This document shows, piece by piece, positions 58,124 through 64,000 of a stretch of DNA of 64,000 nucleotides; positions within the stretch are counted from its first letter, which is position 1, and each line of letters starts with the position of its first letter. Under the pieces are notes generated by a model. That model did no database searches. It saw only the letters and a program-made list of their open reading frames with translations, and was not told the origin of the DNA. The stretch is from Alphaproteobacteria bacterium. Lineage in GTDB: Bacteria; Pseudomonadota; Alphaproteobacteria; GM7ARS4; G965262615. The stretch covers positions 736,001 to 800,000 of the forward strand of contig OZ253545.1 in the NCBI GenBank assembly GCA_965262615.1. Reading direction: 5' to 3'. The position numbers were made by a program, and so were the translations under genes.

Positions 58124-59834
58124 GATCGTCTCCTTCGTCACTGCGCAGTTCATCTCGGGGTTCAATTCCCAACAGCTTGAGGCACTGGGCGAGGATATCT
58201 TTGGTCAGAGTCACCAGCGCAAGGCGAGCTCGCAGGCGGTTGGGATTGGTATCATCAAGCAGGCGCATCGTTTCATCCTCTCTGCCTTTATACCACAGCC
58301 GATGAAAATGTTCAGCCAGAGCAGTCACATAATACACCAAGCGATGAGGTTCTCTGTGGTGCACCACGCCAAGAACCGTGTCATAAAAGCGTGCCAATTG
58401 GCGCATCAAAGCAAGCTCTGCCGATGAGGTCAAGCTGGAAAAATCGGCTGTCTTCATCTGTGTCATATGGGATTTTTCACCAGCCGCCGCAAGACGCAAC
58501 ACAGAGGCACAGCGAGCATGGGCATAATGAACATAAAAAACAGGATTATCCCGAACCGCCTTGCGAGCCAGGGCGATATCAAAGTCCAAAGGGGCATCAC
58601 TGCGGCGCGTCAGCATCAAAAAGCGCACCGCATCCTTGCCCACCGCTTGCGTCAGCTCGCCGATGCTCATGGTTGTTCCCTCTCGCTTGGAGAGAACCAG
58701 CAGCTCATCGCCTTTTTTCAAACGCACCATTGCCACCAAAATGACCGTTAGAATGTCTGTGCGTCCATGCAGTGTTGCCAGCGCGCCTTGCAGACGCTTC
58801 ACATAGCCACTGTGATCACTGCCCCACACATTGATGAGCTGATTGTAGCCGCGAGCTATTTTATCCTCATGATAGGCAATGTCAGAAGCAAAATAGGTGG
58901 GGCTGCCGTCTTCCTTGACGATGGCGCGATCTTGGTCATCGCCGTAGCTGGTGCTGCGAAACAGCAACTGGGGACGGCTGTGCCAGTCGGCAGATTCTCT
59001 GCCCTTGGGGCGAGCCAGAATGCCTTCATAGACCGCTTCCTTGCCGTCCTTGACGGTGCTTTGGTGCAGGCGCGCCAGACTGTCATTGACCGCACCTTTG
59101 GCGATCATTTCGCGTTCGGAGAAAAAGACATCGTGTGTGATGCCCACCAATGTCAATTCATCGCAAATGAGGCTGAGCATGGCGCGCACCGCCTCTTTTT
59201 TCAGCTCTTCGTCATCATCAATGTCATGTTTTTGTGCGAACTGTTTGACTTCATCGCTGTTGTATAAATCTTTCGGCGGTTCTTGCTGTTTTTGCTGTTG
59301 ATGCCAGCGAATGGATTGCAGCAGCACATCAATTTGTCCGCCGGCATCATTGAGGTAGTATTCTTTGGTGACCTCATGCCCTGTGAAGGCGAGCACATTG
59401 GCAAGCACATCTCCCGTGATGGCGCCGCGCAGATGACCAATGTGCAACAAGCCTGTGGGATTGGCAGACACATATTCCACATTCACCTTGCTGCCGCGTC
59501 CGATGGTAATGGCGCGCCATGTGGCGTGATGAATCATGTCATGCAGCTGATGCTGCCAGAACTCATGGGTGCAGGTCATATTGATAAATCCGTTCCCCGC
59601 AGCTGAGGCGTGGGCAATGATGGCGTGAGATTCCAATGCGGCAGCTAGAGTCTCGGCGATGGCGCGAGGATTTTGCTTCACCTGTTTTGCCAGCACAAAG
59701 GCAATGTTGCTGGCAACTTCTCCTTGAGTGTCAGGGGGAGGATCCGACAGCGCAATGGCATCGGTGTCCAGAGAAAATGAGTCAGCAATGGCAGCGCGCA
59801 ATGCCTCTTTGATGGCGTTTTGATAGGAACTCAT
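58116..59834 (-). CDS. argS: Arginine--tRNA ligase
   Basis: EYVSANPTGLLHIGH, YFASDIAYH, LSKR.G, NPVFYVHYAHAR. Confidence 0.97.
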   Translation of the reverse strand: MSSYQNAIKEALRAAIADSFSLDTDAIALSDPPPDTQGEVASNIAFVLAKQVKQNPRAIAETLAAALESHAIIAHASAAGNGFINMTCTHEFWQHQLHDMIHHATWRAITIGRGSKVNVEYVSANPTGLLHIGHLRGAITGDVLANVLAFTGHEVTKEYYLNDAGGQIDVLLQSIRWHQQQKQQEPPKDLYNSDEVKQFAQKHDIDDDEELKKEAVRAMLSLICDELTLVGITHDVFFSEREMIAKGAVNDSLARLHQSTVKDGKEAVYEGILARPKGRESADWHSRPQLLFRSTSYGDDQDRAIVKEDGSPTYFASDIAYHEDKIARGYNQLINVWGSDHSGYVKRLQGALATLHGRTDILTVILVAMVRLKKGDELLVLSKREGTTMSIGELTQAVGKDAVRFLMLTRRSDAPLDFDIALARKAVRDNPVFYVHYAHARCASVLRLAAAGEKSHMTQMKTADFSSLTSSAELALMRQLARFYDTVLGVVHHREPHRLVYYVTALAEHFHRLWYKGREDETMRLLDDTNPNRLRARLALVTLTKDILAQCLKLLGIEPRDELRSDEGDDHG

Positions 59835-60940
59835 GAGATGGATGTCTCCATCAATGACCTTGCTAGACGCTCAGTCATGCCCGCGATGTAGTCACAGATG
59901 ATTTGTGCACGCGCGTTTTCATCAACTGCTTTCATTCGTCCTTGCCAATGTTCAGGCAATTTTTTATCTCCCTTCATATAGAGAGAAAACAAATCGCGAA
60001 TTAAGTCTTTGCCTTGATTCATTTTGTCCAGGACGGGATTTGATAGATAGACCTTTTTTTTGAGAAAACCTTGCAACAGGTCAAGAGACTGCTGTGCCTC
60101 AGTAGAGAATTGCACCAGCTGATGGTGCTCGCAGTTGCGAACGGTGGTGTCACAGACATCGCTAATGAGGCGAGCAATCAGACGGCGAATGGTTTCATGC
60201 TGGCGGCGTTTTTGCGGCAGTGAGCCATAGAGGCGGGTGACCTCTTGGATAATATCATCAAGCAGAGGGATGAAGGTGAGATCATCCAGCTGAAAAAAAC
60301 CAAAGCGCAGGCTGTCATCAATATCGTGTCCGTTGTAGGCGATGTCATCGGCAGTGGCTGCCAGCTGTGCCTCCAATGAGGGTGAAGCTTTGAGGGGCAA
60401 GTCATACAGTGTGACATAGTGCATCATGCGGGTGTCATTCTCATCAACGGGATTGTGCTTGGCAATGCCGTCAATGGTTTCCCATGAGAGATTGAGTCCG
60501 TCAAACGAGGCGTAACGCTGTTCCAAGCTTGCCACGATATGAAGGGATTGGGTGTTGTGATGAAAGCCGCCATAGGGCACCATCACTTCTTGCAGAGCCT
60601 GTTCGCCTGCATGACCAAATGGAGGATGTCCCAAATCATGCGCCAATGCCACCGCTTCGGTCAATGGCACATTGAGTTCCAGACGCTGCGCCATTGCCGT
60701 GCTCACCTGTGCCACCTCCAGCGAATGAGTCAAACGGGTGCGATGGTGATCATTGCCTTCGTGAGGAATGAACACTTGCGTCTTATACTGCAAGCGGCGA
60801 AAGGCGGAACTGTGAATAATCCGATCGCGATCTCGTTGCCAGCACGAGCGATAGGAATCTTCATCTTCTGCATAGTGGCGTCCCTTGCTTTGCGTGACGG
60901 CAAGATGTTTTAAGGATGATTGATTGGGTACTTGCGTCAT
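59831..60940 (-). CDS. dgt: Deoxyguanosinetriphosphate triphosphohydrolase-like HD protein
   Basis: RDRDRIIHS.AFRRLQYKTQV, TRLTHSLEV, AHDLGHPPFGH, DYIAGMT. Confidence 0.95.
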   Translation of the reverse strand: MTQVPNQSSLKHLAVTQSKGRHYAEDEDSYRSCWQRDRDRIIHSSAFRRLQYKTQVFIPHEGNDHHRTRLTHSLEVAQVSTAMAQRLELNVPLTEAVALAHDLGHPPFGHAGEQALQEVMVPYGGFHHNTQSLHIVASLEQRYASFDGLNLSWETIDGIAKHNPVDENDTRMMHYVTLYDLPLKASPSLEAQLAATADDIAYNGHDIDDSLRFGFFQLDDLTFIPLLDDIIQEVTRLYGSLPQKRRQHETIRRLIARLISDVCDTTVRNCEHHQLVQFSTEAQQSLDLLQGFLKKKVYLSNPVLDKMNQGKDLIRDLFSLYMKGDKKLPEHWQGRMKAVDENARAQIICDYIAGMTERLARSLMETSIS

Positions 60941-60978
60941 CGTGTTTACCTTTTTACATTACATGAAGGCGAAAGATA

Positions 60979-61320
60979 ATGAAAGAACCAGCTGTGACAT
61001 TGACTCATAATGCCATCAAACGCATCACCCATGTGGCTCAGCGTGAGGGTCGTGGTGCGGTGGTGTTGCGGATTAGTATTGAGGGGGGGGGCTGTCAGGG
61101 ATTCTCCTACCATTTTGCCTTTGAGGATGCTCCCGCTCAAGACGATTGCGTTTTTGATTACGGCGATGCCCGCCTCGTCATTGATGAAGTCTCGCTGCCA
61201 CTGATGCAAGGCGCGGTGGTGGATTTCATTGAAGATCTCATGGGAGCGCGCTTTCATATTGAAAATCCTCAAGCGTCCTCCTCGTGCGGTTGCGGCACTT
61301 CCTTTAGCATTGAGGAATGA
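60979..61320 (+). CDS. erpA: Fe-S cluster insertion protein (ErpA/IscA, HesB family)
   Basis: GGGCQGFSY, NPQA.SSCGCGTSF. Confidence 0.88.
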   Translation: MKEPAVTLTHNAIKRITHVAQREGRGAVVLRISIEGGGCQGFSYHFAFEDAPAQDDCVFDYGDARLVIDEVSLPLMQGAVVDFIEDLMGARFHIENPQASSSCGCGTSFSIEE

Positions 61321-62117
61321 CACAAACCTTCACCATTGCCAGTTGGAATGTCAATTCGGTGCGGATGCGTGCGCCATTGGTGGAACGCTGGCTGCGAGAC
61401 CATGCGGTGGATGTCTTGTTGTTGCAGGAGCTCAAAGCTTTGGAGGAGCAGTGTCCTGTGTCGTTGTTTGAAGAGGCGGGATACAACAGTGCCATTTTTG
61501 GACAAAAAAGCTGGAACGGTGTGGCAATTTTGGCGCGTCAGCCTCTGGAAGATGTGCGCTTGGGATTGCATGATGACGGACGCACCCAAGAAGCTCGTTA
61601 TATTGAAGCGGTGACCCCCTTTGGTGACTCCATGATTCGCGTGGCATCCGTCTATGTGCCCAATGGCAATCCGATGGATGGCCCTTCCTTTGCCAAAAAG
61701 CGCACCTTCATGGCGGATTTGACTCATCGGTGGCAGCAGCTGGCATCCCTTGAGGAGGTGTGCGTGCTGGCAGGAGATTACAACATTCTCAATGATGAAC
61801 GCGACTGCTGGAATGACTTGGAAAAATGGCGCAATGACGCATTGGGAGCAGTGGAAGCACAGCAATGGTATCGTCAGTTATTGTATGGCGGTTTGACCGA
61901 TGCCTTGCGCCACTGTCATGACGAGGGAGGCTTGTATAGTTTTTGGAACTACAAGGGAGGCTCGGTGCAGAGCGACAGAGGCTTATTGATTGATCGCTTT
62001 TTGCTGTCGCCTCAGGCGACCGAGCATCTCAAGGATGTCACCATTGATAAAGACCCTCGCCATGCGGAAAAAGCCTCTGACCACACGGTGCTGGTGTGTC
62101 ATTTAGATATGCCTTGA
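61317..62117 (+). CDS. xth: Exodeoxyribonuclease III
   Basis: SWNVNS, LQELK, YVPNG, GDYN, SDH. Confidence 0.95.
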   Translation: MTQTFTIASWNVNSVRMRAPLVERWLRDHAVDVLLLQELKALEEQCPVSLFEEAGYNSAIFGQKSWNGVAILARQPLEDVRLGLHDDGRTQEARYIEAVTPFGDSMIRVASVYVPNGNPMDGPSFAKKRTFMADLTHRWQQLASLEEVCVLAGDYNILNDERDCWNDLEKWRNDALGAVEAQQWYRQLLYGGLTDALRHCHDEGGLYSFWNYKGGSVQSDRGLLIDRFLLSPQATEHLKDVTIDKDPRHAEKASDHTVLVCHLDMP

Positions 62118-62124
62118 GGATGCT

Positions 62125-63273
62125 TTATATCAGTTTCAGTTTCAATTTCAAATATTCCATGCCGCGATCGCCTTTGATGCGATTACAATTGCCACAGAGC
62201 AATTGAAGGTTTTCAATGTGATCCGTGCCGCCTTTTTTTCGTGCGATGATATGATCCACTTCGAACTGGCGCAATTCAAAATGCTCATTGCACCCGGCAC
62301 AATTGCCAGCTTGTGCGCCATACAGTGTCTTGGCATGGCTGCGAGGCGGCGGCAGTTTTCCCATATCGGTGCGCTGCGGAATGTCGGTGCGATGAGCTCC
62401 TTTATAAAAGATCCCCACTTCCTTTTTCATGCGTTGTTTCACGAGCTCGGCGGCTTTGGGTGATATATCTATGCCGACCCATTGTCGCTCTTCCAGTTCG
62501 GCGGCAATGCAGGCGGTGGCACAGCCACAGAACGGATCAAGCACAAGATCGCCATTATTGCTACTGGCAGTGATGATGCGTTTCAGCAAGGCAAGAGGCT
62601 TTTGTGTCGGATATCCCGTGCGTTCTTTAGCTTGAGTATTGATAGATGGTATATCCTCCCACCAATCACGAGGCAGACGACCACTCTCATCATCTTTCCA
62701 GCCACTTTTCTCGCCAAAGACCAGAATCTTTTTTTGATTGAAGACAAAATTGGCACTTTTACAATATCTAAAAATGATATCATGTTTTCGTTTGAAGTCT
62801 CCTTTGGTATTGCTCCCACCCCATTTATAGCACCAAACAATCTCATTCCTAAAATTTTTACGACCGAATATGGCATCCATGAGCAATTTGAGGTAGTGGG
62901 ACATGGTGGGGTCACAGTGCAGATAAATGCTTCCTGTTGGTTTCAATACCCGATGCATCTCCAACAAGCGCGCCGCCATGTATACGAGATAGGATTTGTC
63001 ATTGGATGTCATTGTTGCCAGCAATACACGATAGAGGGCTGGATGTTTCGCCTCAATGAGGTTAATCCACTCAACATCAATATCACTGAGAGCCCATGTA
63101 TCTTTAAATTCCGCGCCCGCCGCCTCCGACCCTATGGGAGCGGCATAGTTGGCATTTGAGTTGAATGGTGGGTCTAGGTAAATGAGGTCAACGCATTCAG
63201 AGTTCATGCCTCGCAGGATGAACAGATTATCGGATGTCCATATGGTTTGGCTGGCGAAATTTGGCTCGTTCAT
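62125..63273 (-). CDS. Beta-class N4/N6 DNA methyltransferase fused to a C-terminal HNH endonuclease
   Basis: YLDPPFN, YPTQKP, LDPFCGC, then CAGC..DHII..KGG.D..NLQLLC..CN..KG. Confidence 0.9.
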   Translation of the reverse strand: MNEPNFASQTIWTSDNLFILRGMNSECVDLIYLDPPFNSNANYAAPIGSEAAGAEFKDTWALSDIDVEWINLIEAKHPALYRVLLATMTSNDKSYLVYMAARLLEMHRVLKPTGSIYLHCDPTMSHYLKLLMDAIFGRKNFRNEIVWCYKWGGSNTKGDFKRKHDIIFRYCKSANFVFNQKKILVFGEKSGWKDDESGRLPRDWWEDIPSINTQAKERTGYPTQKPLALLKRIITASSNNGDLVLDPFCGCATACIAAELEERQWVGIDISPKAAELVKQRMKKEVGIFYKGAHRTDIPQRTDMGKLPPPRSHAKTLYGAQAGNCAGCNEHFELRQFEVDHIIARKKGGTDHIENLQLLCGNCNRIKGDRGMEYLKLKLKLI

Positions 63274-63998
63274 AGCAGTTGGCGCACTGCCCCATTGGAA
63301 GCCGATGTTGTGAGGGCGGCGTAGGCTTTGAGAGCTTGGCTCACTTTGCGAGGACGGGGTTTGGCGGGTTGCCAGCCGCCGTCTTTGGAAGCGTCCATTT
63401 TTTTGCGCCGTTGCTTGAGTTCTTCATCGCTGATGTCCAGCCGAATGGTGCGCTTGGGTATGTCAATGATGATGGTGTCGCCTTGTTCCACCAGAGCGAG
63501 CGCGCCGCCTTCGGCGGCTTCGGGGGAAATGTGTCCGATGGAAAGACCCGATGTGCCGCCCGAAAAGCGTCCATCGGTGATGAGGGCGCAGTCCTTGCCC
63601 AGATCTTTGGCTTTGAGATAAGAGGTGGGATAGAGCATTTCTTGCATGCCGGGTCCGCCTTTGGGTCCCTCATAGCGAATGACAAGAACCTCCCCAGCCC
63701 GCACATCATCATTCAGGATGGCTTCCACCGCATCCTCTTGGCTTTCAAAAATATGTGCGGGCCCACGAAATGTCAGCAGTGATTCATCCACGCCAGCGGT
63801 TTTGACAATGCAGCCATCGGTAGCAATGTTGCCAGTGAGAACCGCCAGACCGCCATCCTTGCTGTAGGCGTGTTCAATGGAGCGAATACAGCCAAGGGCG
63901 CGATTATCATCAAGACTGTTGTAGTAGGTGTTTTGACTAAATGCCGTCTGCGTGGGCACGCCGCCAGGGGCAGCCAGATAAAACTGACGCACATCATC
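63270..63998 (-). CDS. ilvD: Dihydroxy-acid dehydratase, C-terminal part (truncated by window edge)
   Basis: [33 protein letters not shown]. Confidence 0.97.
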   Translation of the reverse strand, partial: DDVRQFYLAAPGGVPTQTAFSQNTYYNSLDDNRALGCIRSIEHAYSKDGGLAVLTGNIATDGCIVKTAGVDESLLTFRGPAHIFESQEDAVEAILNDDVRAGEVLVIRYEGPKGGPGMQEMLYPTSYLKAKDLGKDCALITDGRFSGGTSGLSIGHISPEAAEGGALALVEQGDTIIIDIPKRTIRLDISDEELKQRRKKMDASKDGGWQPAKPRPRKVSQALKAYAALTTSASNGAVRQLL

Positions 63999-64000
63999 GC

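Noticed and set aside
59831-60940. Antiphage dGTPase
   Set aside because: Sits in the conserved alphaproteobacterial erpA-dgt-argS core synteny
61083-61091. G9 tract as a phase-variation site in erpA
   Set aside because: In frame and encodes the conserved EGGGC motif of a core gene
1-64000. Prophage, IS element, integron or rRNA
   Set aside because: No integrase, transposase, phage structural gene, attC-like repeat or rRNA sequence recognised

Overview
64-kb chromosomal segment of an alphaproteobacterium, inferred from the conserved blocks clpX-lon-hupB-tRNA-Val, ihfA-merR and xth-erpA-dgt-argS-SPOR-nagZ. It is probably host-associated, given an ankyrin-repeat protein and many restriction-like genes. 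Metabolic content: a lanthanide-type methanol dehydrogenase operon (xoxFGJ), an H4MPT/methylofuran cofactor-biosynthesis cluster with folD/folB, ergothioneine genes (egtBD), a SitABCD/TroABCD Mn/Fe transporter, a ubiA-dprE1-dprE2-like operon, and an uncharacterised penicillin-acylase/GH3/methyltransferase operon. Many AT-richer defence-like genes sit singly between housekeeping genes with no integrase or transposase in the window: two NYN RNases, two DUF262 proteins, a wHTH-PD-(D/E)XK nuclease, Xre-ImmA plus PIN, an MTase-HNH fusion, DUF5678 plus a frameshifted retropepsin, and two membrane-anchored dCTP-deaminase/dUTPase-fold paralogues. Best candidates for undescribed systems: (1) both NYN genes follow the same promoter, small structured RNA and 27-nt terminator arrangement, resembling a type III (RNA-antitoxin) TA module; (2) tandem Dcd/dUTPase-fold proteins that lack the deaminase catalytic Glu and carry a C-terminal helix plus TM anchor; (3) the GH3/acylase/methyltransferase operon; (4) a 21 x 13-bp two-variant tandem array between mutL and the xoxF promoter. 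All calls were made by eye from motifs; no searches were run.
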